DNA of 64,000 bases from Paracoccaceae bacterium (GTDB lineage: Bacteria; Pseudomonadota; Alphaproteobacteria; Rhodobacterales; Rhodobacteraceae). Shown piece by piece: positions 22,926 through 33,039 of the stretch. Position 1 is the first letter of the stretch; each line of letters begins with the position of its first letter. A model generated the notes under the pieces. It saw only the letters and a list, made by a program, of their open reading frames with translations. It searched no databases and was not told the origin of the DNA. The translations under genes were made by a program, and so were the position numbers. Where the stretch lies: contig JANPJU010000141.1 in NCBI GenBank assembly GCA_031425675.1, positions 2,648 through 66,647 of the forward strand, written 5' to 3'.

Positions 22926-23560
22926 TCCCTGAAGTACCGGCTGTCCTTCAGCTGGTCCCAGGCCCAGACCACCTCTTGCAAACGCTCCTCATCCGACCGG
23001 TCGCCGCCGTTCATGTCGGGGTGCAGATCCTTGACCAAAGTTTTGTATTGCTTGCGAATCTCGGTCTTGGTCCAGGTGTCGCGGGCATCCAGGATTTCTA
23101 TCGCCTTGCGTTCGGTCGGGGGCAGTTTGCGCGTGGCCGTGGTGGCAAAGGCCGACCGGCCGGGGTTCTGCGTGGCCTTTTCGCCCAGAAGGGACAGCGG
23201 ATCGTTCACCCCGACCCGCGCCCAGGCATTGCCATCGCCAATGCGTGAGAAGGGCTTGGTCTCACGCTCCCAGACCCGGTCCTTGTCAAGGAACTTCTGG
23301 AACTCCTCATCGGTGGTGCCCTGAAAGAAATTCCACTTAAGGTTGTATTCGCGGATGTGGTCCTTGCAGAACCAGAAGAACTCATCCAGCAGGTCCGGCG
23401 ATTTCGGGGCGCGGTAGGCGCCCTTTTCCTGACAGCCCGGATAGTCGCAGCCCTTGTCTGAGGTCTCGAACGCGCCGGACATGCCGCGACGGCCCGTTTT
23501 CTTGCGCTTCTTGTCGGCCGACACACGCAGGTCGAACGCAAAGGGCGGGCGGTTGTTCAT
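22922..23560 (-). CDS. J-domain (DnaJ-like) protein
   Basis: C-x4-C...FC-x2-H N-terminal motif (CDYPGC, FCKDHIREYN); C-terminal LHPDMNGG J-domain. Confidence 0.9.
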   Translation of the reverse strand: MNNRPPFAFDLRVSADKKRKKTGRRGMSGAFETSDKGCDYPGCQEKGAYRAPKSPDLLDEFFWFCKDHIREYNLKWNFFQGTTDEEFQKFLDKDRVWERETKPFSRIGDGNAWARVGVNDPLSLLGEKATQNPGRSAFATTATRKLPPTERKAIEILDARDTWTKTEIRKQYKTLVKDLHPDMNGGDRSDEERLQEVVWAWDQLKDSRYFRD

Positions 23561-23631
23561 GTGCGGGCCTTTCCGACTCGGGCCAGACAGTTTAGGTCTT
23601 TTGGCGGCAGATTGAAGGGGGTCCGACCGAA

Positions 23632-23883
23632 ATGACCGCGAAAGACGAGATTGAGACACGCTTGCAGGCCGCCTTTCAGCCGACACAGCTTGAGATCATC
23701 AACGAAAGCCACAAACATGCCGGTCATTCCGGCGATGACGGGTCGGGAGAAAGCCATTTTCGCATCGTGATCCGGGCGGGGGCATTTGCCGGCATGCCCC
23801 GCGTCGCCCGCCACCGCGCCGTGCAGCAGGCTTTGGGCGACCTGAACCAGCGTATCCACGCCATCGCTATGGACATTGGCTGA
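23632..23883 (+). CDS. bolA: BolA-family protein
   Basis: NESHKHAGH, ESHFRIVI, RVARHRAV, IHAIAM. Confidence 0.92.
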   Translation: MTAKDEIETRLQAAFQPTQLEIINESHKHAGHSGDDGSGESHFRIVIRAGAFAGMPRVARHRAVQQALGDLNQRIHAIAMDIG

Positions 23884-23994
23884 GAGCCGAGTGGCGGCCT
23901 GCCTGAGATGCAGAGCCTGCGGAACTGGCGGCCGGCGGGAACCCAAACCGTCCTGCGCGCGTTTTTTCGGCAGATAGCCGTGAAAGGGCACACA

Positions 23995-24243
23995 ATGGTC
24001 CCGCATCTTCGGATCTGGCTGATTGCGATCTGGACGTCCTCTGTCGCGGGGGTCGCGGTGATCGTTGGCCTTGCGCTTGGCCAATATGAACTTGGAACTT
24101 TCCTGTGGGCGGCTGCGGCGGGGCTTTTAGTTGGCGTTCCGGCGGCTTTGCTGAACTGGGCGTACCTTCGCCCCACCCGCTCTCGCAAGGTCGGGTTGTT
24201 GGGTCAGGCCCCGGCGGATGAAAGCACGGTCCCGCTACCATGA
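23995..24243 (+). CDS. Small two-TM membrane protein
   Basis: RBS-like GAAAGGG before the ATG at 23995; two hydrophobic helices. Confidence 0.55.
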   Translation: MVPHLRIWLIAIWTSSVAGVAVIVGLALGQYELGTFLWAAAAGLLVGVPAALLNWAYLRPTRSRKVGLLGQAPADESTVPLP

Positions 24244-24328
24244 ACGGCTTTCAGCAATGGGCGTCCGCAGCAAGCCATTGAAATAACTGTTTTAAGTCCC
24301 TTGCCCTGACGTGTCCCGGCTTCAGGCC

Positions 24329-26476
24329 TTACCCGCTCTTCACCTCGGCGCGCCAGCGATGCAACAGGGGTTCGGTGTAGCCTGAGGGCTGCGTCCCCCC
24401 GTGAAAGATCATATCGCAAGCGGCCCGGAACGCAGCCCCGTCAAAGCGGGGCGACATCGGCTGGTAGGCGGGATCGCCTTCATTCTGCTGGTCCACCACC
24501 ACCGCCATCCGTCGCAGTGCCGCGATAACCTCGGCCTCGCCCACGACCCCATGGTGCAACCAGTTGGCCAGCGCCTGCGCCGAAATTCGGCAAGTCGCGC
24601 GGTCCTCCATAAGCCCTATATCATGGATGTCAGGCACCTTTGAGCAGCCGATCCCCTGGTCCACCCAGCGCACCACATAACCAAGGATGCCTTGGACATT
24701 GTTTGCGACCTCTTCGGCAATCTCGGCCTCTGACCAGTTGGCCCCATCGGCAAGCGGCAGGGTCAGCAGTTGATCCAGCGTTGCCCTGGGGCCTGCGGCG
24801 GCAAGGTGATCCTGCACCGCGCCCACGTCAGTCCGGTGATAATGTGTCGCATGCAGGGTGGCGGCTGTGGGTGACGGGACCCAGGCGCAGCTAGCGCCGG
24901 CCTTGGGGTGCGCCGCCTTCTGGTCCAGCATCGCGGCCATCAGGTCGGGCATCGCCCACATGCCCTTGCCGATCTGCGCCCGGCTTTTCAGCCCGCAAGC
25001 CAGGCCAATGTCGACGTTGCGGTCCTCATACGCCCTTATCCACGCCTGACCCTTCATCGCGCCCTTGCGGACCATTGGCCCTGCTTCCATACTGGTGTGG
25101 ATTTCATCCCCGGTGCGGTCCAGAAAGCCGGTATTGATGAAGGCGACCCGCGCCCTTGCCGCCCGGATACAGGCTTTCAGGTTGGCCGAGGTGCGCCGTT
25201 CCTCGTCCATGATCCCCAGTTTGACCGTGTTGCGGGGCAAGGCAAGCGTATCTTCGACCGCATCGAAGATGGCGCAGGTCAGCGCAACTTCGCCCGCGCC
25301 GTGCAGCTTTGGCTTCACGACATAGATGGCACTGCGGCGGCTGTTTCGCGGGCCTTCCCGTTTTTTCAGGTCGTGGATCGCGCAAAGGGTGGTGATGAAT
25401 GCATCCAGCAGGCCTTCGGACACCTCCGCCCCTTCGGGATCAAGCACGGCCGGTGTCGTCATCAGGTGCCCGACGTTGCGCACCAGCATCACGGCGCGGC
25501 CATTGAGGTGGGCGGGCAGGCCGTCAGGGGCGGTGAAGTCGAAATCGGGGGCCAGGCGGCGGGTGATCGTGCGGCCGTCCTTGACCAGCATCTCTTCCAG
25601 ATCGCCCCGCATCAAACCAAGCCAGTTGGAATAGGCTGCGACCTTGTCTTCTGCGTCCACGGCGGCGATGGAATCCTCAAGATCCATGATCGCCGAAAGG
25701 GCTGCTTCCAGCCGGATATCGGCAAGGCCCGCCCCGCCTTGGGCCAGGTCCTGCGCCCCGATGCGATGACCGGGGTCGATCCGCAGGATGATGTGCAAAC
25801 CGTGGTTGCGCAGGATCACCGCATTGGGTGCATCTGGCGTGCCGCGAAAGCCCACGAACTGCGCGGGGTCGCGCAGCTCTGGGAAAAGCCTGCCGTTTTC
25901 AATCCGGTAGCGGACGACCGCAGCATGAGAGCCTGCCGCCAGTGGCACAGCCTCGTCCAGAAAGGCGCGGCCCCAGGCAATGACGCGCGCCCCACGGTTG
26001 GGGTCGTAGGCTTTGCCGGTGGGCAGATCCCCCAGCGCGTCGGTCCCGTAAAGCGCGTCGTAAAGGCTGCCCCACCGGGCGTTGGCAGCGTTAAGCGCAT
26101 ATCGCGCGTTCATCACCGGCACCACCAGTTGTGGACCGGCGATCAGGGCAATCTCTGGGTCTACTCCCTCGGTCTCAACGGTGAAATCCGGCCCGTCGGG
26201 TTCCAGATAGCCGATGTCTTCCAGAAAGGCGCGGTAAGTTGCCGGGTCATGGGCTTGGCCCCGGCGCGCGATGTGCCAGGCGTCAATCTGCTGTTGCAAC
26301 GCCCCCCGTGTGGCAAGGGCCGCCCTGATCCGGGGGCCAAGCGTGGCAACGGCCTGCGCAAAGCCTGTCCAGAACTGGTCAGCCGATCTTTGCGTGCCCG
26401 GCAGGGCGGCGCTGTCCACAAAGGCCGCCAGTCGCGCATCCACCGCCAAACCCGATTTCGTTACCCGCGCTGCCAT
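24329..26476 (-). CDS. glcB: Malate synthase G
   Basis: [75 protein letters not shown]. Confidence 0.97.
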   Translation of the reverse strand: MAARVTKSGLAVDARLAAFVDSAALPGTQRSADQFWTGFAQAVATLGPRIRAALATRGALQQQIDAWHIARRGQAHDPATYRAFLEDIGYLEPDGPDFTVETEGVDPEIALIAGPQLVVPVMNARYALNAANARWGSLYDALYGTDALGDLPTGKAYDPNRGARVIAWGRAFLDEAVPLAAGSHAAVVRYRIENGRLFPELRDPAQFVGFRGTPDAPNAVILRNHGLHIILRIDPGHRIGAQDLAQGGAGLADIRLEAALSAIMDLEDSIAAVDAEDKVAAYSNWLGLMRGDLEEMLVKDGRTITRRLAPDFDFTAPDGLPAHLNGRAVMLVRNVGHLMTTPAVLDPEGAEVSEGLLDAFITTLCAIHDLKKREGPRNSRRSAIYVVKPKLHGAGEVALTCAIFDAVEDTLALPRNTVKLGIMDEERRTSANLKACIRAARARVAFINTGFLDRTGDEIHTSMEAGPMVRKGAMKGQAWIRAYEDRNVDIGLACGLKSRAQIGKGMWAMPDLMAAMLDQKAAHPKAGASCAWVPSPTAATLHATHYHRTDVGAVQDHLAAAGPRATLDQLLTLPLADGANWSEAEIAEEVANNVQGILGYVVRWVDQGIGCSKVPDIHDIGLMEDRATCRISAQALANWLHHGVVGEAEVIAALRRMAVVVDQQNEGDPAYQPMSPRFDGAAFRAACDMIFHGGTQPSGYTEPLLHRWRAEVKSG

Positions 26477-26598
26477 GCCAGTCTCCTTGCATACCGTTGC
26501 ACACAATACCCGTTTGCAGTGCGGCGGGGCAAGCAGCGCTTGAGCCCGACTACACTGACCTGCCGAAACGCACTGGGGCCCAGAAGGGCAGAATAAAC

Positions 26599-26663
26599 TT
26601 AGCCAAATGGCAAACTATGGGTTGCATGGACAGCCATGCCTGGATAGTTTGCCATATGGCTAA
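26599..26663. promoter_or_regulatory. Paired inverted operator sites of the ArsR-SRPBCC operon
   Basis: TTAGCCAAATGGCAAACTAT (26599-26618) matches the reverse complement of 26644-26663 at 19/20; the second copy covers the ATG. Confidence 0.7.
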
Positions 26664-27003
26664 GCATGATCCCGACCTGTCCTTGCTGTTCCACGCCCTG
26701 TCCGACCCCACGCGACGGTTGATGTTGGGCCGATTGGCGCGTGGCCCGGCCCCGGTCACGGAACTTGCCGCCCCGACGGGGTTCAAGCTTCCGACGGTGT
26801 TGCGGCATCTGTCGGTGCTGGAAGCCGCGGGGCTGGTGACCACCCAGAAGGACGGCCGCGTCCGATCCTGCGCGTTCATGCCGCAGGCCTTGCAGCCGAT
26901 GCACGACTGGCTGGAGGAGCAACGCGCCATCTGGGACGCGCGACTGGACCGGCTGGATGACTATGTGATGACCCTGATGAAGGAACAGACCGATGGACCT
27001 TGA
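26656..27003 (+). CDS. ArsR/SmtB-family regulator
   Basis: FHALSDPTRR, HLSVLEAAGLV, GRVRSC. Confidence 0.9.
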   Translation: MAKHDPDLSLLFHALSDPTRRLMLGRLARGPAPVTELAAPTGFKLPTVLRHLSVLEAAGLVTTQKDGRVRSCAFMPQALQPMHDWLEEQRAIWDARLDRLDDYVMTLMKEQTDGP

Positions 27004-27472
27004 CCCCGAACTTGATCTTGTCCTGACGCGTGAGATCAACGCCCCCCGTGACATCCTCTATCAATGCTGGACGACACCCGAGCATCTGGTGGAATGGTTT
27101 GTCCCCAAGCCGCACAAGGTGACGGCCTGTACGCTCGACGTACGCCCCGGCGGTGCCTGCAACACGACCTTCGATGTCGACGGCACCATGATGGAGAACA
27201 AGGGTGTGTACCTTGAGGTGATCCCGAACGAAAAGCTGGTGTTCACCGACACTTACAGTGAAGGCTGGAAACCCGCGGCCGAGCCGTTCATGACCGCCAT
27301 CGTGACGTTTGAGGATATTGGCGGCGGCCGCACCCGCTATACCGCCGTGGCGCGGCATCGGAACGCAGAAAGCACGAAATCTCATCGCGACATGGGGTTT
27401 CACGATGGCTGGGGCACCGTCGCCACCCAGCTTGAGGCCTATGCCCAAGGGTTGGCCGGGGGGTTGAAATGA
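26993..27472 (+). CDS. SRPBCC (AHSA1-like) protein
   Basis: LDLVLTREINAP, DVRPGG, GVYLEVIPNEKLVFTD, GFHDGWG. Confidence 0.88.
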   Translation: MDLDPELDLVLTREINAPRDILYQCWTTPEHLVEWFVPKPHKVTACTLDVRPGGACNTTFDVDGTMMENKGVYLEVIPNEKLVFTDTYSEGWKPAAEPFMTAIVTFEDIGGGRTRYTAVARHRNAESTKSHRDMGFHDGWGTVATQLEAYAQGLAGGLK

Positions 27473-27921
27473 CCAGCGCCGATGATCGCACGATGGTGCT
27501 GGAACGGGTGATCCGTGCACCGGTTTCGATAGTCTGGGGGGCGTGGATGAACCCCGTCAGCCTGCCGCAATGGTGGGGGCCGGACGGGTTTTCCTGCCGC
27601 ACCACCCGCATCGACCTGCGTGAGGGGGGTGAGTGGGTCTTCGACATGACCGCCCCGGATGGCACGGTTTTTCCCAACCATCACCGCTACACGCTGGTGC
27701 AGCCCGAAGAGCGGATCGACTACACCCTTCTCTGGGGTGAAAACGGCCCGAAACACGCGGATGCCAGCGCCAGTTTCGCCGATGAAGGCAAGGTGACCCG
27801 CGTCATCTTGCGGATGGTCTTTCTGACGCCGGAAGAATTTGAACATGCCCGTGGTTTCGGCGCGGTCGAGCTTGGGTTGCAGACCTTGGGTAAGCTGGCG
27901 CGATTCGTTGGGGCGGATTGA
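27469..27921 (+). CDS. SRPBCC (AHSA1-like) protein
   Basis: WWGPDGF, DLREGGEW, PDGTVFPN, QTLGKL. Confidence 0.88.
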   Translation: MTSADDRTMVLERVIRAPVSIVWGAWMNPVSLPQWWGPDGFSCRTTRIDLREGGEWVFDMTAPDGTVFPNHHRYTLVQPEERIDYTLLWGENGPKHADASASFADEGKVTRVILRMVFLTPEEFEHARGFGAVELGLQTLGKLARFVGAD

Positions 27922-27974
27922 CGGTTTGACCCGGAAATTTCAAAACTTCCGGAGCGGAGCCTTCAAAGGCTCCG

Positions 27975-28145
27975 TCACGATTTCTTTGAAGCAATCGATC
28001 CGCGCTTGGCGTCGGCGCGGCAGCGGTCAGAGCAATATTTCACCTCATCCCAGACCTTTTCCCATTTCTTGCGCCAGGTGAAGGGCTTCCCACAGGTGAC
28101 GCAGGTCTTTTCCGGCAGATCGGATTTTTTCACTCCGCGTGGCAT
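27975..28145 (-). CDS. DUF2256-family small Zn-finger-like protein (56 aa; absent from the ORF track)
   Basis: Hand translation [56 protein letters not shown]; ATG 1 nt after the upstream stop. Confidence 0.9.
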   Translation of the reverse strand: MPRGVKKSDLPEKTCVTCGKPFTWRKKWEKVWDEVKYCSDRCRADAKRGSIASKKS

Positions 28146-28146
28146 G

Positions 28147-29649
28147 TCACAGATCCAGCGTCAGTTGCGCGGAAGGTGCGCGGCGGCGGGGGGCGCGATC
28201 GTTGACAAAACGCGCGTCGGCACGGCTCGCGTGGCGGGTGACGATGCGGGCGGCTTCGCTGGCAAAGCCGCTGGTCTTGCGCGCGGTCCAGATCGCATCG
28301 CGGGCGGCGCGGGCGGCGGTGGCCACGTCAATGATCGGTTCGGGGTAGCGGTGGCCCAGAAGGCCGTGTGCGTCCGGCCATTTCCACGGCTCTTGCAAAA
28401 AGGCGTCCGGCACCGTCGCCAGTTCCGGCAGCCATTTGCGGGTGAAGGCGCCGGACGGGTCCTGATCCTGGCCCTGTTTGACCGGGTTGTAGATACGGGG
28501 AATGTTGATGCCCGTGGTGCCTGATTGCATCTGCACCTGCGGCCAATGGATGCCGGGTTCATAATCCGTGAACATCCGCGCCAGATGCTGGCCGCTGGAC
28601 CGCCACTCCAGCCACAGATGATAGGAAGCGACCGACGTGACCATCGCCCGCATCCGGAAATTCAACCAGCCCGTGGCCCGCACATAGCGCAGGCAGGCGT
28701 CAAGGAAGGGCAGGCCGGTTTCGCCCGCAGCCCAGGCGTTCAGGCGGGCGGCGTCACTGTCGCGGGGCCGGGTGATCGCGGCGGGGTGCAGGTCGCGCAA
28801 CTCGATCGAGGGTTGGTCTTCCAGCTTTTGCATGAAGTGGTCCCGCCAGGCGAGGCGGGATTGAAAGCTGTTCAGCGCCCCGCCCCAGCGGCCACCGGGG
28901 CGTTCAGACTGGCGGTTGGCGGTGGCTTGCGCCACCTCCCGCGCTGACAGGGTGCCCCAGGCCAGGTGCGGTGACAGGCGGGAACAGGCGCGCTCTCCCG
29001 TCAGGGGGGATGACATCGCCGCGCGGTAGGGTTCGCCCCGGCGGGTCAGGAAACTGTCCAGCAGATCAAGGCCGCGCGTGCGCCCGCCTAACTGTCGGTG
29101 CGGGCAGGGGTCATCGGGCAGCTTCAGCGCACGGGCGTTGGGGATCTGGCCGGGCTCCACCCCCGGAACCCCTTGCAAAGCGGGGGCCGGCAGCACTGGC
29201 GCGGCCATGAAGCCGTCCCGCTGGCGGGCCCAGCCATCGCGGCTGGCCAGACGGCGGACGACGCCGGATTGCGGCAATTCGGTCCAGACGATCCCCGCCC
29301 CCCGCGCCCAGGCCGCCACCCGACGGTCGCGCGCGTAGGTCCAGAGGTTGCCCGTTTCCTCATGGCTGATGATCCGGCTGATCTTGTGCTGGCGGCACAA
29401 CCGGTCCAGCACCGTCACCACGTCCCCCACGCGCACGACCAACGGCGCGCCAAGCCCTGCCAGCGCCTGACGCAGATCGGCTAGGCTTTCGGCCACAAAC
29501 TCCCACTGGCGGGAGGATGCGTCGGGGCCGGCCCAAAGCTCAGGCTCCACCACATACAGCGGCAAAACCGCCCCCAGCCCTGCCGCCAGATCCAGCGCGG
29601 GGTGATCGTCAGGGCGCAGATCGCGTTTCAGCCAGACAAGAACATTCAT
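28147..29649 (-). CDS. Cryptochrome/photolyase-family FAD-binding protein
   Basis: [63 protein letters not shown]. Confidence 0.9.
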   Translation of the reverse strand: MNVLVWLKRDLRPDDHPALDLAAGLGAVLPLYVVEPELWAGPDASSRQWEFVAESLADLRQALAGLGAPLVVRVGDVVTVLDRLCRQHKISRIISHEETGNLWTYARDRRVAAWARGAGIVWTELPQSGVVRRLASRDGWARQRDGFMAAPVLPAPALQGVPGVEPGQIPNARALKLPDDPCPHRQLGGRTRGLDLLDSFLTRRGEPYRAAMSSPLTGERACSRLSPHLAWGTLSAREVAQATANRQSERPGGRWGGALNSFQSRLAWRDHFMQKLEDQPSIELRDLHPAAITRPRDSDAARLNAWAAGETGLPFLDACLRYVRATGWLNFRMRAMVTSVASYHLWLEWRSSGQHLARMFTDYEPGIHWPQVQMQSGTTGINIPRIYNPVKQGQDQDPSGAFTRKWLPELATVPDAFLQEPWKWPDAHGLLGHRYPEPIIDVATAARAARDAIWTARKTSGFASEAARIVTRHASRADARFVNDRAPRRRAPSAQLTLDL

Positions 29650-29654
29650 GGAAC
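29640..29654 (-). promoter_or_regulatory. LexA (SOS) box overlapping the photolyase-like start codon
   Basis: GTTC-CATGAAT-GTTC on the minus strand, a perfect alphaproteobacterial GTTC-N7-GTTC. Confidence 0.65.
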
Positions 29655-29775
29655 AAAGACATAGCCCAACCGTCAGATTCGTAAAGCGGCAAAAGACTGT
29701 TGCACCGACGCCTTGGTTCTTCGCCCTTGCACATGGCCCTCAACCCCTTAGCTTCTCATTCAAAGGGAGCCGGGC

Positions 29776-32340
29776 ATGACCACAGCGCAAAAAACCGTCC
29801 ATCTGGCGGCGTATCAGCCGTTCACCCATCTCCTGGACGAGGTGGCGCTGACGTTTCGGCTGGCCCCGGATGCCACGGTTGTCTTTGCGCGTCTGGCATT
29901 TCGCCCGAACCCCGCACGACCGGGCCGCCACCCCCTGCGCCTGAACGGCGAAGGGCTGAAGTTGCTGTCCTGCCAGGTGAACGGTCAACCCATAAAGCCG
30001 AAGCTTGACGCCCTGGGCCTGTCCATTGTCGCCAAGGACTTGCCGCAGGGGCCGTTCGTTTTGGAGACCGAGGTGCAGATCAACCCGCAGGCCAATACGT
30101 CCCTCGACGGGCTCTACATCTCGCGCGGGCTTTATTGTACCCAGTGCGAGGCGGAGGGCTTTCGCAAGATCACCTACTACCCCGACCGCCCTGATGTGAT
30201 GGCGCGCTTCAAGGTCCGGATCGAGGCGAACCAGAAGGTCCTTTTGTCCAACGGCAATCTGCTGGCCAAGGGCAAGGGCTGGGCTGAATGGGATGACCCC
30301 TGGCCCAAGCCCGCCTATCTGTTCGCGCTGGTGGCGGGGGATCTGCGCGCGCGGTCTGCCAAGTTCCGCACGTTCTCCGGCCGCAAGGTTGCGCTGAACA
30401 TCTGGGTGCGTCCGGGCGATGAGAACCGCTGCGCCTATGCGATGGACGCCCTGCAACGGTCAATGAAGTGGGAGGAAGAGGTTTATGGCCGCGAGTATGA
30501 CCTCGACGTGTTCAACATCGTCGCCGTCGATGATTTCAACATGGGCGCGATGGAGAACAAGGGCCTGAACATCTTCAACTCTCGCTACGTTCTGGCCTCC
30601 CCCGAAACCGCGACGGACGATGATTATGCCCGGATCGAGGCGATCATCGCGCATGAGTATTTCCACAACTGGACCGGCAACCGCATCACCTGTCGTGACT
30701 GGTTCCAGCTGTGCCTGAAGGAAGGGCTGACCGTGTTCCGCGACCACCAGTTCAGCGGCGACATGCGGTCAGCCGCAGTTCGTCGGATCGAAGATGTGGT
30801 CACCCTGCGCGCCCGCCAGTTCCGTGAGGATGCGGGGCCATTGGCCCACCCGGTGCGGCCCGAAAGTTTTGTCGAGATCAACAATTTCTACACCGCCACG
30901 ATCTACGAAAAGGGCGCCGAGGTGATCGGCATGCTGAAAACGCTGGTCGGTGACGCGGCCTACAAACGCGCGCTGGACCTGTATTTCACCCGCCATGACG
31001 GCGACGCTGCCACAATCGAAGACTGGCTGAAGGTGTTCGAAGATGCCACGGGCCGCGACCTGACCCAGTTCAAGCTTTGGTATTCCGAGGCAGGCACCCC
31101 ACATCTGAAAGTTGCCGAAGACTGGTCAGAGGGCGTCTTTACTCTGACCTTCACGCAAGAAAACAAGCCCACACCCGGCCAGCCGGTCAAAGAGCCGAAG
31201 GTCATTCCGATCAACGTCGGTCTGCTGAACCCCAACGGCGATGAGGTGGTGCCGACGCTGATGCTGGAGATGACGCGCGCGACCCAAAGTTTTCGCTTTG
31301 AAGGGCTTGCGGCACGACCGATCCCGTCCATCCTGCGCGGGTTCTCTGCGCCGGTTGTCCTGGATCGCAAGGTTGCTCCCAGCGAACGCGCCTTCCTTCT
31401 GGCCCACGATACCGACCCGTTCAACCGCTGGGAGGCAGGCCGCGCGCTGGCCAAGGATGTGCTGGCCGACATGGTCACCAAGGGCGCAGACGTCAGCCCT
31501 GATTGGCTGGACGGCGTGGCGGCGGTGGTTTTCGACGAAGACCTTGACCCGGCGTTTCGCGCCCTGTGCCTGCGGCTGCCCGGCGAAGATGACATGGCCC
31601 AGACCATTCACGCGATGAAGCGCGTGCCGGATCCCGCGCGCATCCATGCCGCACGGCGCGAAATGCTTGGGGCGCTGGCCGTCCGTCTGGGCGAAGGCCT
31701 GCACCGGCTTTACGTCAGTCTGGAAGAGCGTGCGGCGTTCTCCCCCGATGCCGGACAGGCAGGCCGTCGGGCGCTGCGGCTGGCGGCGCTGGCGCTGCTG
31801 ACGCGGCGTGATGGCGGCAAGCTGGCCACCGTGGCCTTTGAGCAGGCCAAAAGCATGACCGAAACGGTGGGCGCATTATCCACCCTACTGGACATCCGGC
31901 AAGGGGCCGCCGAGGTAGCCGCCTTTGCTACCCGCTGGGCAGATGATCGCAACGTCATGGATAAATGGTACGCGCTGCAAATCGCCCATGCCGAACCGGC
32001 AGAGGCGGCTGGCTTGACCGCACGCTTGACCGCACGCAGCGATTTTGACTGGAAGAACCCAAACCGGTTCCGGTCGGTCATCGGGGCGCTGGCGGGCAAT
32101 CATGCCGGGTTCCATCACCGGTCAGGCGCAGGTTACCGGCTGGTGGGCGACTGGCTTTTGCGGCTTGACCCGTTGAACCCGCAAACCGCCGCCCGTGTGT
32201 CCACCGCGTTCGAGACGTGGCACCGCTATGACACAGCCCGCAAACGCCATTCCCAGGCTGAACTTCAGCGGCTTCTGGCCACACCCACCCTCAGCCCCGA
32301 CCTGCACGAGATGGTGGAACGGATGCTGGCGGCCGGCTGA
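29776..32340 (+). CDS. pepN: Aminopeptidase N
   Basis: TQCEAEGFR, GAMENK, HEYFH...KEG, YEKGAEV, NPNR. Confidence 0.97.
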   Translation: MTTAQKTVHLAAYQPFTHLLDEVALTFRLAPDATVVFARLAFRPNPARPGRHPLRLNGEGLKLLSCQVNGQPIKPKLDALGLSIVAKDLPQGPFVLETEVQINPQANTSLDGLYISRGLYCTQCEAEGFRKITYYPDRPDVMARFKVRIEANQKVLLSNGNLLAKGKGWAEWDDPWPKPAYLFALVAGDLRARSAKFRTFSGRKVALNIWVRPGDENRCAYAMDALQRSMKWEEEVYGREYDLDVFNIVAVDDFNMGAMENKGLNIFNSRYVLASPETATDDDYARIEAIIAHEYFHNWTGNRITCRDWFQLCLKEGLTVFRDHQFSGDMRSAAVRRIEDVVTLRARQFREDAGPLAHPVRPESFVEINNFYTATIYEKGAEVIGMLKTLVGDAAYKRALDLYFTRHDGDAATIEDWLKVFEDATGRDLTQFKLWYSEAGTPHLKVAEDWSEGVFTLTFTQENKPTPGQPVKEPKVIPINVGLLNPNGDEVVPTLMLEMTRATQSFRFEGLAARPIPSILRGFSAPVVLDRKVAPSERAFLLAHDTDPFNRWEAGRALAKDVLADMVTKGADVSPDWLDGVAAVVFDEDLDPAFRALCLRLPGEDDMAQTIHAMKRVPDPARIHAARREMLGALAVRLGEGLHRLYVSLEERAAFSPDAGQAGRRALRLAALALLTRRDGGKLATVAFEQAKSMTETVGALSTLLDIRQGAAEVAAFATRWADDRNVMDKWYALQIAHAEPAEAAGLTARLTARSDFDWKNPNRFRSVIGALAGNHAGFHHRSGAGYRLVGDWLLRLDPLNPQTAARVSTAFETWHRYDTARKRHSQAELQRLLATPTLSPDLHEMVERMLAAG

Positions 32341-32344
32341 CCAG

Positions 32345-32971
32345 TCAGCCCGCCTGACAATATGGCTGTTCACGCGTCCAGGAGGCCATCTCGGCCCGCT
32401 TCTCATCGCTGCGCAGCGGGGCCCAGTCACGGCCGATACCCTTGTTGCCGCCGCCGGCCACCAGACCATCTTTGGCGACCTGTTCCGACATGATCTCGAC
32501 TGCACATTCAAGGTTGGCTTCGCCATCCTTCAGCGCGCTGACCGATGTGGCATCGCATCCGTAATTCTGCGCGGTGTTCGGCGAAATCTGCATCAGCCCG
32601 ATCCAGCGCCCGCCCCCACCCGAGGCGTTGGGGTTCCAGGTGCTTTCATACTTCGCCACCGCCGAAATCAGGCCCGCCCAGAAGGCGCGACGCTCTTCCA
32701 CCGGGGCTTGTTCGTAGGCGGGACACCAGGCGGTGATGTCTGCAGGCACCTGTTCGGACAGAATCGAATCCTTGGTTGACAGGGCCACGAGGGTGGATTC
32801 GGTCCACTCCTCGCCTTCAGGGTGGTGATCCCAGCGCATTGGGGGGGCGACAAAAGACATCTCATCCACCGGCGCGGTTTGCACGCAGGCTGTCAGCGAA
32901 ACCCCCAGAACTGCTACGGAAAACGCCCGAAACAGTTTCGGGGCGACACCTGAAATCCACCGCATTTCCAT
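32345..32971 (-). CDS. Lytic transglycosylase (SLT)-like lipoprotein
   Basis: Lipobox LTAC; AKYESTWNP, GLMQI, NLECAV. Confidence 0.8.
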   Translation of the reverse strand: MEMRWISGVAPKLFRAFSVAVLGVSLTACVQTAPVDEMSFVAPPMRWDHHPEGEEWTESTLVALSTKDSILSEQVPADITAWCPAYEQAPVEERRAFWAGLISAVAKYESTWNPNASGGGGRWIGLMQISPNTAQNYGCDATSVSALKDGEANLECAVEIMSEQVAKDGLVAGGGNKGIGRDWAPLRSDEKRAEMASWTREQPYCQAG

Positions 32972-33039
32972 CTTTCCGCCCTGATCTTCGGAAATACATC
33001 CCTAATGGCGAGGGTGTATTCCGCCATAGGAATGTACCG

